A stretch of 64,000 nucleotides of DNA from an uncultured Desulfospira sp. (lineage in GTDB: Bacteria > Desulfobacterota > Desulfobacteria > Desulfobacterales > Desulfobacteraceae). The position numbers were made by a program, and so were the translations under genes. The first letter of the stretch is position 1. Each line of letters starts with the position of its first letter. Of this stretch, positions 1 to 9,058 are shown piece after piece. Below the pieces are notes generated by a model. That model ran no database searches, was not told the DNA's origin, and saw nothing but the letters and a program-made list of their open reading frames with translations. Where the stretch lies: contig OY760175.1 of assembly GCA_963663165.1 (NCBI GenBank), forward strand, positions 5,824,001 through 5,888,000, written 5' to 3'.

Positions 1-1269
1 CTGCTGTTACTGTTGACGATCAAACTGCCCGTGGGGTATGCCATGGCCTCTGTGGGACTGGTAGGATTTATTTACATGGTTTCCGCCAAGGGGGGGCTGA
101 GCATGGCCGCCCGGGCGGCCTGGGATCAATTCGGGTCCTACGATTTCAGTGTTGTCCCCTTGTTTATTCTCATGGGACAGTTTTCTTTTGCTTCAGGTAT
201 CTCCACACGCCTGTACGAGGCGGCGCATAAATGGCTGGGGCAGCTGCGCGGCGGTCTGGCCATGGCCACGGTAGGGGCCTGCGCCGGTTTTGCAGCCATC
301 TGCGGATCCAGTACGGCCACCGCAGCGACCATGGGCATGGTTGCGCTGCCGGAGATGAAAAAGTATAAATATGATCTGGGGCTGGCAACCGGATGTATTG
401 CGGCCGGGGGCAGCATGGGAATTCTGATCCCCCCAAGTGTTATCCTTATCGTATACGGCATTATGACCGAACAATCCATCGGCAAGCTCTTTGCCGCCGG
501 TCTTATTCCGGGAATCATGGAAGCGGTTTTTTACATCGCCACCATTGCCATTGTGTGCAAAATCAATCCCAAGCTCGGCCCAAGAGGACCGAAAACCACG
601 TTCAAAACCAAAATTTCCGGGCTTTGGGGAGGAACCATTGAGACCGTGATCATTTTTGTTCTGGTGCTCGGCGGTTTGTTCGGCGGATTTTTTACCCCCA
701 CGGAAGCAGCCGGCGTTGGCGCGGCACTGGTCCTCATCCTGAGCCTGGTCACCAGAAATTTAAACTGGCCGGGGTTTAAAAATTCGCTTCTCTCTACCAC
801 GACCACCACGGCCATGATTCTGATCATCGTTGTCGGTGCCATTATCTTTAATAAGTTTGTCGCGGTTACACGGCTGCCCTTTGCCCTGGCGGACTGGGTA
901 GTGGCCTTGGATATGCCCCCTATGGCGGTCATGGGGTTGATCATTGCCGTCTATGTTGTGGGCGGCTGTTTCATGGATGCGTTAGGGCTTATTCTGCTCA
1001 CCGTGCCGATTTTTTTCCCGGTGGCGATTAAGCTGGGGTTTGACCCTATCTGGTTTGGCATCATCATCACCCGGGTCAGTGAAATCGGTGTCATCACACC
1101 ACCGGTGGGGATGAACGTTTATATCATCAAGGGGGTGGCGCCTGATGTCCCCCTGGGCACTATATTCAGGGGTATCGTTCCCTTTCTTATTGCCGATATT
1201 ATCGCGGTGATCCTGTTGCTGTTGTTTCCTCAAATAGCATTATTTTTACCGTCCATCGTCACTTATTAA
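1..1269 (+). CDS. dctM: TRAP transporter large permease (DctM family), 5'-truncated by the window edge
   Basis: Polytopic membrane protein with FAAICGSSTAT, GILIPPS, GFFTPTEAA and ITPPVG motifs; reading frame open to position 1. Confidence 0.93.
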   Translation: MLLLLTIKLPVGYAMASVGLVGFIYMVSAKGGLSMAARAAWDQFGSYDFSVVPLFILMGQFSFASGISTRLYEAAHKWLGQLRGGLAMATVGACAGFAAICGSSTATAATMGMVALPEMKKYKYDLGLATGCIAAGGSMGILIPPSVILIVYGIMTEQSIGKLFAAGLIPGIMEAVFYIATIAIVCKINPKLGPRGPKTTFKTKISGLWGGTIETVIIFVLVLGGLFGGFFTPTEAAGVGAALVLILSLVTRNLNWPGFKNSLLSTTTTTAMILIIVVGAIIFNKFVAVTRLPFALADWVVALDMPPMAVMGLIIAVYVVGGCFMDALGLILLTVPIFFPVAIKLGFDPIWFGIIITRVSEIGVITPPVGMNVYIIKGVAPDVPLGTIFRGIVPFLIADIIAVILLLLFPQIALFLPSIVTY

Positions 1270-1294
1270 CATATTTCAAACCCAGGAGGATAAA

Positions 1295-1774
1295 ATGACA
1301 GCCGGCACGTTTAACCCTGTAAAACCCAGTTTTGAATATATCTTCACTGCCAAAGTGAGCATTGCGGCCCCTCTGGAATTCGGCCGGACACCGGAAGGTA
1401 TACGCCGGATAATCAATATCACCGGCGGCCGTGTGGACGGTCCGGTGCTGTCCGGTGAGGTGCTGCCCGGCGGAGCGGACTGGCAAATTGTCCGGGAAGA
1501 CGGCAGTGCTGTTTTAGAGGCGCGGTACACCATTCGTTCCAGCGATGGCGCCCTGATTTATGTCCGCAACTTTGGATACCGAAACGGCCCGCCCGAGGTA
1601 TTGGCGCAGCTAGCCAAAGGCGAAATGGTGGACCCGGCGTTATATTATTTCAGGGCCACCCCATTCTTTGAAACCGCTGCGGTGCAATATGACTGGCTGA
1701 ACAAAACCCTGGCCATGTCTTCGGGTATTCGTGAGAAGGAACGGGTAATATTGGATTTTTATGCCGTAAGGTAA
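1295..1774 (+). CDS. DUF3237 (UPF0311) family protein
   Basis: GxRRIINITGGRVDG..LSGEVLPGGADWQ..LEARYTI..YFRATPFFET pattern; GGAG RBS upstream. Confidence 0.88.
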   Translation: MTAGTFNPVKPSFEYIFTAKVSIAAPLEFGRTPEGIRRIINITGGRVDGPVLSGEVLPGGADWQIVREDGSAVLEARYTIRSSDGALIYVRNFGYRNGPPEVLAQLAKGEMVDPALYYFRATPFFETAAVQYDWLNKTLAMSSGIREKERVILDFYAVR

Positions 1775-1781
1775 GAAAGGG

Positions 1782-2918
1782 TTAGACATCCTGGAGAAGG
1801 GTCAGCCCAAAACTGCAGATGACGGTCAAAATGCCGATGATCAGAATGCCGGCCTGGAAACTCCAAACATCGGCCACGGCCCCTAGAAAAATAGGGGAAA
1901 GCCCGGGGCCGAAAACGCCGGCGGCGCTCATGACCACGGCGGTAAAAATGCCGCGATCGTTTTGACTCGTGACTTTGGATATGGCCGTTAATCCGGCAGG
2001 GAAAAAAACAACGCTGAAGGTGGCCTGAAAAAAAAGCATGATCATTAAGATCTGAGAATGGTGTATCAGAGCAATCCCGAGAGTGAACAATCCGGTAAGC
2101 AGGGTTATAAAAAAGCACAGCTTTTTTGTGCTGTACCGGTCCATCATAAATCCCATCACAACCATGGCAATAAAACCGCCGATGCGGGAAATGCCGAAAA
2201 TTGAATTGGCCGCATCCATTGGCATTCCCCGTTCTTTAACCAGGTAAAGGGGAATGATATTGAAAATGCCCATGCCGGCCACACCGCACGCGACAAACGC
2301 AAGGGTCAGAATCCAGAAATCTTTTCGCAAAAACAGACCGCGGACCCGGTAACTTTCCGCGGTTTCGGGCCTGTGGTCGGGCAGCCTATAGAATATCAAT
2401 ACGGTCATGATCAGGCAGCACATGCCCAGGGATAAAAAAAGAAAATTCCACGGCATTACCTTCAATGCCAGAAGGGTTATAAATGGTACGGTTAAAATGG
2501 CAAAGCCGGCTGCGGTTTCATGAATGGAAATGGCTTTTCCCCAATGGGCCCTTTCAACAACAATGGTCAGCAGCGGCGTGCCGCAGGGAATATAAATTCC
2601 TGAGCCCAAACCCAGAAAAAACAAAACAACAATAAATATGTGGTATGAGCCGGCGAATGTAAGTGTGATAAAGCTTAGGCCAAGAATAATAAAACAGAGT
2701 AAAATAAGTTTTTTGTACCCCAGCCGGTTGGAAAGAACGCCCGTAACAAGGACCGAAAACGTACTTCCGACATAAAAAGGCAAAAACAGCCCGCCGGCCA
2801 TGGCATGGTTGATGGCCAGTGAGTCCTCAATAACCGGCAAAAGGGGGGAGAGGATGGTGCGTGACAGATAATTCAGATACCAAAGCGACCAAAAAAACAA
2901 AAGGAGTAAAATAGGCAT
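1782..2918 (-). CDS. MFS transporter
   Basis: About 12 hydrophobic segments; motif-A-like GVLSNRLGYKK and GFMMDRYSTKK. Confidence 0.88.
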   Translation of the reverse strand: MPILLLLFFWSLWYLNYLSRTILSPLLPVIEDSLAINHAMAGGLFLPFYVGSTFSVLVTGVLSNRLGYKKLILLCFIILGLSFITLTFAGSYHIFIVVLFFLGLGSGIYIPCGTPLLTIVVERAHWGKAISIHETAAGFAILTVPFITLLALKVMPWNFLFLSLGMCCLIMTVLIFYRLPDHRPETAESYRVRGLFLRKDFWILTLAFVACGVAGMGIFNIIPLYLVKERGMPMDAANSIFGISRIGGFIAMVVMGFMMDRYSTKKLCFFITLLTGLFTLGIALIHHSQILMIMLFFQATFSVVFFPAGLTAISKVTSQNDRGIFTAVVMSAAGVFGPGLSPIFLGAVADVWSFQAGILIIGILTVICSFGLTLLQDV

Positions 2919-3120
2919 AAGCTACCATTTCAACGGTTGGAAAAAAGCGTTAAAACTTAACAATCAATCCATTACAGGCTTTACAATATTCACTTTTCGC
3001 TGTTGTTTTTCGGCCCACCTTCTTTAAGATGGCATGATTGGCGGGGAGTATATCATCCCCGGGTCTGCACCGCAATACTCGGATGTGTCTGCTGACTGTC
3101 TGGGGTGTTGGTGTGGATGA

Positions 3121-3230
3121 TAATGTATATTGTTGAGACTTGGGATATGGGATATGGGACTTGGGGAGGCCGTGGATGCCGCAATCCCCAGGTCCCATAT
3201 CCCAAGTCCCAAGTCCAATTTTTTGGAGAT
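3121..3230. repeat. Palindromic TGGGAC/TGGGAT-heptamer intergenic element, copy 1
   Basis: Near-identical to 8891..8993, which has one heptamer fewer; arms of (T/A)TGGGA(C/T) and GTCCCAA heptamers are complementary. Confidence 0.9.
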
Positions 3231-3249
3231 ATTATTCATTTTGCATAAG

Positions 3250-3879
3250 TCATCCCGCGGGAATAGCCAGTGTGATGACCGCCCAGGCCCCGAAAGAAAT
3301 CAGGATGATGCCGGTCAGGCGGTTAATACTGTCCTGAAAACCGGGCTTAAGGTGCCGGCCTATTATTGCCGTGCCAAAGGTCAGGATAAGCCACCAGAGG
3401 GCAGACCCGGTAAACACCCCGGCCACCAGTGTGGCTGAGGCCGCGTATCCTTTGTCTGTTACGCCAAGGCCCAGGCCTGCAAAGATCGCCATGAACGCCA
3501 TGATGGTCATGGGGTTGGTCAGGGTAAGGGCTAATGCCGACAGATAGGCTGAAACATATCCCTGAAAAGGCGTGTTGGCATTCTCCCGGGGGGGAGGGGC
3601 CTGCTTAAAAGTCTGCCGGCCCAAAAAGATAAGAAACAGCCCGCCTGCCAGGTGGAGCAGGCATTTAATGTCCAGTAAAAAGCCGGTGATAACGGTCAGG
3701 CCGAAACCGGCCAAACACCCGTAAACGGCATCGGCCGTGGCCGCACCAAGCCCTGTGGCAAGGCCGGCTAACGCCCCGTGGGTCAGGCTTCGATTAATGC
3801 ACAACAGGCCGATGGGGCCTACCGGGGCGGCAATGGAAAAGCCGATAACAATGCCCTTGATCAGGTATTTGATTTCCAT
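3250..3879 (-). CDS. LysE family amino-acid exporter
   Basis: GFSIAAPVGP, GLGAATAD and LTLTNP motifs; about 6 TM segments. Confidence 0.92.
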   Translation of the reverse strand: MEIKYLIKGIVIGFSIAAPVGPIGLLCINRSLTHGALAGLATGLGAATADAVYGCLAGFGLTVITGFLLDIKCLLHLAGGLFLIFLGRQTFKQAPPPRENANTPFQGYVSAYLSALALTLTNPMTIMAFMAIFAGLGLGVTDKGYAASATLVAGVFTGSALWWLILTFGTAIIGRHLKPGFQDSINRLTGIILISFGAWAVITLAIPAG

Positions 3880-3936
3880 GTATATATCCTTGTGTTATGG
3901 TTTGTCATATTTTAGGCGCCGGGGCCGGGCAAGGCC

Positions 3937-4461
3937 ATGGGAAAACCCTGGATTTTGGTTGAAAAAAAATTAAATTTTAAGAAAAATAAAGGCGTGGACT
4001 TTAAATTTGAAAATTTGCTGGACTCTTTGGGAAAAAAGATTCTCAAGGAGCTGAGCCAAAACGGCCGGATCAGTTTCAGCGAGCTTGGCCGGAAAGTGGG
4101 CCTGTCCAGTCCGGCCGTGACCGAGCGGGTCCGGAAAATGGAAGAGGCCGGGATCATAAAAGGATACCATGCCGCCATTGATCTGCCGGATAAGGCCCAA
4201 AAGGTCACGGCCTTTATTTTGATGACCACCCTTCCCCAGCATTATAAAAAGGTTAACCAGATCCTTGAGGAACTTCCCGAAACCCTGGAATGCCATCATG
4301 TCAGCGGCGAAGAGTCGTTCATGATCAAGGTGCTGGTGCCGGACTTAAAAAAACTGGAAAGCATTGTTGAAACCTTAAGCGCCTTTGGAAGGACGCGGAC
4401 GTCCATTGTCATGTCCACGGTTCTGGACAAAGGGGCGCCCTTGTTTGAGCAGGACCCGTGA
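3937..4461 (+). CDS. Lrp/AsnC family transcriptional regulator (true start may be downstream)
   Basis: ILKELSQNGRISFSELGRKVGLSSPAVTERVRKMEEAGIIKGY HTH and C-terminal ECHHVSGE; divergent from lysE. Confidence 0.93.
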   Translation: MGKPWILVEKKLNFKKNKGVDFKFENLLDSLGKKILKELSQNGRISFSELGRKVGLSSPAVTERVRKMEEAGIIKGYHAAIDLPDKAQKVTAFILMTTLPQHYKKVNQILEELPETLECHHVSGEESFMIKVLVPDLKKLESIVETLSAFGRTRTSIVMSTVLDKGAPLFEQDP

Positions 4462-4483
4462 AAATCCATAAGGACCCATCCCC

Positions 4484-5560
4484 ATGTCTGAAAATTTAAT
4501 GATTCTGGCCGGAAAATCGGCACACCACCACATCCGGGAAAACGGCCTTAAACCCGATGACATTGACGCCATGCTCGGGGCTTCCGGCGCAGCCAAGTGG
4601 CTGTCTATATGCGGGCTGGATAACATGATTTTTTCCCAGTGGTTTAAAGAAAGGGCCAGGCCGCTTCATTTATTCGGCACCTCCATTGGCGCCTGGAAAT
4701 TTGCCGCAGCCGCTCAGAAAGACTGCCGCCAGGCCTTTGAGCGGCTTAAACATGCCTATACCCGCCAGCGGTACAACGGTAAGGTTACCGCGGCCAAGGT
4801 GGCAACGGAAACCCATCGGATCATGGCGGAGTTCTTGACCCCGGCCGCCATTGACCAGATTCTGTCCCATCCCTTTATCCGCATCGGATTTTCGGCGGTC
4901 CGGTGCAAAAGCCTTCTGGCCTCTGAGATCAAGCCCGTTCAGGCCATCGGCATCTGGTCGGCCTTTGAGTTGAACGTCTTGTCCAGAAGCCTTCAGCGGT
5001 TCTGTTTTGAGCGGATTTTATTCCATGACCCGCGGTATGATACCCGGGTGATGACCGCCCATGATTTTGAGACCACCCCGGTGTCCCTAGACCGGGACAA
5101 TTTTGCAAAGGCCCTTTTGGCGTCAGGTTCCATTCCCCTTGTCATGGAAGGGGTCCGAAAGATTCCGGGCGCCCCCAAAGGCACCTTCCGGGACGGCGGC
5201 CTGCTGGATTACCACCCGGTATTTTCTTTGGGGCCGGACTGCAGCGGGTTTATTCTCTATCCCCATTTTTATCCTGAAATCACATGGGGATGGTTTGACA
5301 AAAAATTTTCCAAACGGCGGGCCACCGGCCAGGCCGTGGACCGGATCATCCTTCTGGCCCCGTCCAAAGAATTTGTATCCAGCCTTCCCTTTGGCCGGAT
5401 CCCGGACCGCCAGGACTTTATCCGGTTTAAAGGGCAGGATGATGACCGGATTGCCGCCTGGGACAAGGCCGCCGACATGTGCCAAAGCCTGGCAGATGAA
5501 TTTATGGAAGCTGTTGAAAGCGGCGCCATCAGGGACCGGGTCCAAAAAATCGGGGATTGA
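4484..5560 (+). CDS. Patatin-like phospholipase family protein
   Basis: GASGAAKW glycine motif, GTSIG nucleophile elbow, ASGSIP, DGG. Confidence 0.85.
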   Translation: MSENLMILAGKSAHHHIRENGLKPDDIDAMLGASGAAKWLSICGLDNMIFSQWFKERARPLHLFGTSIGAWKFAAAAQKDCRQAFERLKHAYTRQRYNGKVTAAKVATETHRIMAEFLTPAAIDQILSHPFIRIGFSAVRCKSLLASEIKPVQAIGIWSAFELNVLSRSLQRFCFERILFHDPRYDTRVMTAHDFETTPVSLDRDNFAKALLASGSIPLVMEGVRKIPGAPKGTFRDGGLLDYHPVFSLGPDCSGFILYPHFYPEITWGWFDKKFSKRRATGQAVDRIILLAPSKEFVSSLPFGRIPDRQDFIRFKGQDDDRIAAWDKAADMCQSLADEFMEAVESGAIRDRVQKIGD

Positions 5561-5605
5561 TTTCTCAGTTAACAGGTGATTCTTTATAACGGCCGTGGCC
5601 ATTTT

Positions 5606-5752
5606 ATAAGAAACTGGAGACAAGAAACAAGAGACAAGAGGGCGAAGCACCTGCGGTGCCCAATTTATAGTCTACCGTTGCTGGTATCTTCAGTTTCATT
5701 ATTCGTTGTGGGCGGTTCTTGGTTGGATAACCAAGGCGGCCCGTGGCCGTTA
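5606..5752 (+). repeat. Two-hairpin structured repeat, long (147-nt) variant
   Basis: Near-identical reverse complement at 47813..47959; 3' half shared with the units at 25022..25289 and 39258..39348. Confidence 0.92.
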
Positions 5753-5787
5753 TAAGAAACCGATATTAAAATATCCCTGTTGAAGTT

Positions 5788-6222
5788 TCAGGATTTGAGT
5801 CCCCTGAGCAGGCTTGTCACGGCCTTGCCGCTGATAACGACTTTCCCGTCCTGATTTTCAATCCAGCTGTTGATGATGATCTCTTCTTTTTCCCGGTTGA
5901 TTTCCACAATTTCAAACCAGGCCGTGAGGGTGTCTCCAATGAAAACGGGCTTTAGGAACTCCAGGGTCTGTGATTTGTAGATGGCGCCCGTGCCCGGGAT
6001 GTGCATGCCCACCAGGGTTGAGAACAACGCGGCTGAAAGCATGCCATGGGCAATTTTCTGACCAAAAAAGGTTTGTCGGGCAAACTCGCCGTCAACGTGA
6101 AGGGGATTGGTATCGCCGGTGATGGCAATGAAATGGGACAAATCTTCCGGGGTAATGGTTTTGGTTAAGGATGCTTTCTGCCCTTCTTCAAGATCGTTGA
6201 AGGTTGTCAAGTTGCAGGTCAT
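5788..6222 (-). CDS. MaoC family (R)-specific enoyl-CoA hydratase/dehydratase
   Basis: FIAITGDTNPLHVD..FGQKIAHGML hydratase-2 motif. Confidence 0.93.
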   Translation of the reverse strand: MTCNLTTFNDLEEGQKASLTKTITPEDLSHFIAITGDTNPLHVDGEFARQTFFGQKIAHGMLSAALFSTLVGMHIPGTGAIYKSQTLEFLKPVFIGDTLTAWFEIVEINREKEEIIINSWIENQDGKVVISGKAVTSLLRGLKS

Positions 6223-6376
6223 GGTCTACCCTCTCTTTTTTGGGTCCGTGGTGGTTATGTTATGGGTAGCATTAATTGGGGATTGAGGCAAATATCTGGT
6301 CTGGTTTTTTCGGCGGGGGCTGCGCTCATGATCCGGTGTAACGGATTGATATTGTAATTGAATTTAATTTAAAAAA

Positions 6377-6551
6377 GGAAACCGGAGAAAGGGAGACGGG
6401 AGACCGGAACCGTCAAGTTCCCTGGTTTGAGCGGTAGGGTTGGAGCGGTAGGGTTGGAGCGGTAGGGTTGGAGCGATAGGTGTCGGATGCCGGGTTCCCT
6501 TGGAGGGCGCATCCGGTCTCCTTCTTCCGGTTTCCGGTCTCCCTCCGTTTC
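6377..6551. repeat. Composite intergenic repeat: GGAGACC/G heptamer arms around three tandem 14-mers (GAGCGGTAGGGTTG)
   Basis: 14-mers at 6429, 6443 and 6457; a 46-nt stretch matches the reverse complement of 56974..57019 with 1 mismatch. Confidence 0.85.
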
Positions 6552-6773
6552 ATTGGAGATAAAATACATTTTTTTAACTGCGGTTCCCCGGGGCGTCCAA
6601 ATCAAATTTCTGGCATATTGGTTTAAAAAAAGGTATACACAAAAATTTAGGTAATTCGGCTGAAGAGGGTCCGGCCCGGGTATTCATCCAAAGGGCCGTG
6701 CATCTTCAAATCCGCAATGGCTTTAATATTACAAATGTCTTGGGCGAAGTGGTTTGTCCCGGAGGAAAGAAGA

Positions 6774-7880
6774 ATGAAAAAAGTTGGTATTGTCGGCTGG
6801 CGGGGTATGGTGGGATCGGTCCTCATGGAAAGAATGAGGGCTGAGAATGATTTTCAAAAATTTACGCCCTATTTTTTCACCACCTCCCAGGCCGGACAGG
6901 CCGCACCGGATGTGGGAAAAGAAGTGCCGGCCCTGATTGACGCCCATGACCTGGGTGCCTTAATGGAAATGGATGTTATTGTTTCCTGCCAGGGCGGTTC
7001 CTATACCGAGGCGATCCATCCGAAACTCGAAGAGGGCGAATGGAAAGGGTACTGGATTGATGCCGCCTCCACGTTGAGGATGGCGGACAACAGCATCATT
7101 GTCCTGGACCCGGTGAACCTGAAAGTAATTGAAGACGGACTGGCCCGGGGCATTAAAAATTTTATCGGGGGCAATTGTACGGTGTCTCTCATGCTCATGG
7201 CCCTAGGCGGCCTGTTTGAAAATGATGCCGTGGAATGGCTCACCTCAATGACCTATCAGGCCGCTTCCGGGGCCGGGGCCAAGAACATGGAAGAGCTGGT
7301 GGCCCAGATGCGCGCCATTGGCCAGGCCGCCTCAAGTCTTTTGGACGATCCGTCAAGCCCCATTCTGGACTTGGACCGGAAAGTCACCAACACCATCCGA
7401 TCGGCCGATTTCCCGGTGGAAAACTGGGGGGTCCCCCTGGGGGCCAGCCTGATTCCCTGGATTGACCGGGCCATGGACAACGGCCAGACCCGGGAAGAGT
7501 GGAAAGGGTTTGTGGAAACCAATAAAATCCTGGGAAGATCAGATAATCCCATTCCCATTGACGGCCAGTGCGTCCGTATCGGCTCCATGAGATGCCACAG
7601 CCAGGCCTTTACCATTAAACTCAAGCAGGATATCCCGTTAGCGGATATCAACAGCATGCTTTCGGAAAATAACAACTGGGTAAAGGTGATTCCCAATGTT
7701 CGGCATGACAGTGCCACCGAGCTGACCCCGGCCGCCGTGACCGGAACCCTGACCGTGCCTGTGGGGCGGATCCGGAAGATGAACCTGGGAGATCGGTTTT
7801 TGACCGCTTTCAGTGTGGGGGACCAGCTGTTGTGGGGGGCTGCGGAGCCGCTGAGGCGAATATTGAATATTATACTGTAG
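6774..7880 (+). CDS. asd: Aspartate-semialdehyde dehydrogenase
   Basis: [19 protein letters not shown] (catalytic Cys), [26 protein letters not shown] before ATG 6774. Confidence 0.98.
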   Translation: MKKVGIVGWRGMVGSVLMERMRAENDFQKFTPYFFTTSQAGQAAPDVGKEVPALIDAHDLGALMEMDVIVSCQGGSYTEAIHPKLEEGEWKGYWIDAASTLRMADNSIIVLDPVNLKVIEDGLARGIKNFIGGNCTVSLMLMALGGLFENDAVEWLTSMTYQAASGAGAKNMEELVAQMRAIGQAASSLLDDPSSPILDLDRKVTNTIRSADFPVENWGVPLGASLIPWIDRAMDNGQTREEWKGFVETNKILGRSDNPIPIDGQCVRIGSMRCHSQAFTIKLKQDIPLADINSMLSENNNWVKVIPNVRHDSATELTPAAVTGTLTVPVGRIRKMNLGDRFLTAFSVGDQLLWGAAEPLRRILNIIL

Positions 7881-7938
7881 ATGGGGAGACCCTAGACCGG
7901 AGGCTGGAGACTGGAAATGAGGGGCAGGGAAGAAAACA

Positions 7939-8835
7939 GTGAGAACGAATGACGGCCAGGGGGCTTTGGCCGGGCTGATCGCCACGGCATCCGCCTTTTT
8001 GATCTGGGGGCTGTGCCCCGTTTTCTGGAAAATTATTGCCCATGTTCCCGCCCTGGAAACCATTAACCACAGGATTGTCTGGTCCTTTTTTTTTCTGTTG
8101 CCGGTGATCTGGCTCCAGGGGAACTTAAGGCTGCTGGCACAGACCCTGACCTCCCCGGTGCTTCTGGGGAAATTGAGCATTACCGCCATGCTGGTGGCAT
8201 CCAACTGGCTCGTATTTATCTGGGCGGTCAACAACGGGCATATCCTTGATACCAGCCTGGGATACTATATCAACCCCCTGGTGAATGTGCTTTTTGGCAC
8301 TGTTTTCCTCAAAGAGCGCCTCAGGAAGATGCAGACCATCGCCGTGGGCATTGCCACCGCCGGGGTGGCTTACCTGACCTGGCAGCATGGCAGCTTTCCT
8401 TTGATTTCCCTTTACCTGGCCGTAAGTTTCGGTGCCTACGGGCTGTTAAGAAAAATGTTGAACCAGGACCCGGCCGTGGGCCTGGCCGTTGAAACCCTGC
8501 TGCTGACCCTGCCTTGCGCGGTCTACCTGATGTTCCTTGAATATAAAGGAACCGCCAGTTTTCTCCATGTGAACAGCCTGACCGATGTTTGCCTGATCTG
8601 TACGGCCCTGCTGACCGCCGTCCCGCTGCTGCTGTTCAATATCGGGGCAAGGCTCTTGAGATTATGCACCGTGGGATTTCTTCAGTACATTGCCCCTAGC
8701 GTGTCCTTTTCCCTGGCCATTTTTGTTTATGGGGAACCCTTGTCCCACCACCAGCTGATTGCCTTTGTCTGTATCTGGACGGCCCTGGCCGTCTATACGG
8801 TGGATTCCACCCGGGCTTTCCAGGGAAGCGGGTGA
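7939..8835 (+). CDS. rarD: EamA/DMT family transporter RarD
   Basis: HRIVWS, NWLVFIWAVNNGH..SLGYYINPL..LKERL, GFLQYIAP motifs. Confidence 0.93.
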   Translation: MRTNDGQGALAGLIATASAFLIWGLCPVFWKIIAHVPALETINHRIVWSFFFLLPVIWLQGNLRLLAQTLTSPVLLGKLSITAMLVASNWLVFIWAVNNGHILDTSLGYYINPLVNVLFGTVFLKERLRKMQTIAVGIATAGVAYLTWQHGSFPLISLYLAVSFGAYGLLRKMLNQDPAVGLAVETLLLTLPCAVYLMFLEYKGTASFLHVNSLTDVCLICTALLTAVPLLLFNIGARLLRLCTVGFLQYIAPSVSFSLAIFVYGEPLSHHQLIAFVCIWTALAVYTVDSTRAFQGSG

Positions 8836-8890
8836 AAAGAGACCGGAGGGGCAAAGCCGAACCAAAGGTTATGTTTTGTAGGGGTAATTT

Positions 8891-8993
8891 TAATGTATAT
8901 TGTTGAGACTTGGGATATGGGACTTGGGGAGGCCGTGGATGCCGCAATCCCCAGGTCCCATATCCCAAGTCCCAAGTCCAATTTTTTGGAGAT
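8891..8993. repeat. Palindromic TGGGAC-heptamer element, copy 2
   Basis: Near-identical to 3121..3230. Confidence 0.9.
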
Positions 8994-9058
8994 TATCCGT
9001 ACTCTTTTTTGGGGGGGTAGTCTTACAATCTTAATCTTTGAGGCAAGAATAGCCCGGG

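Noticed and set aside
2950..3438. Short ORFs with GIWDLG/PKSHIP repeats (also near 8700-9250 and 27055-27390)
   Set aside because: Translations of the palindromic heptamer element
6655..6770. Lysine riboswitch upstream of asd
   Set aside because: AGAGG and AAAGGG are present but the GCCGAA/CTGTC cores and the required length are missing; only a simple hairpin
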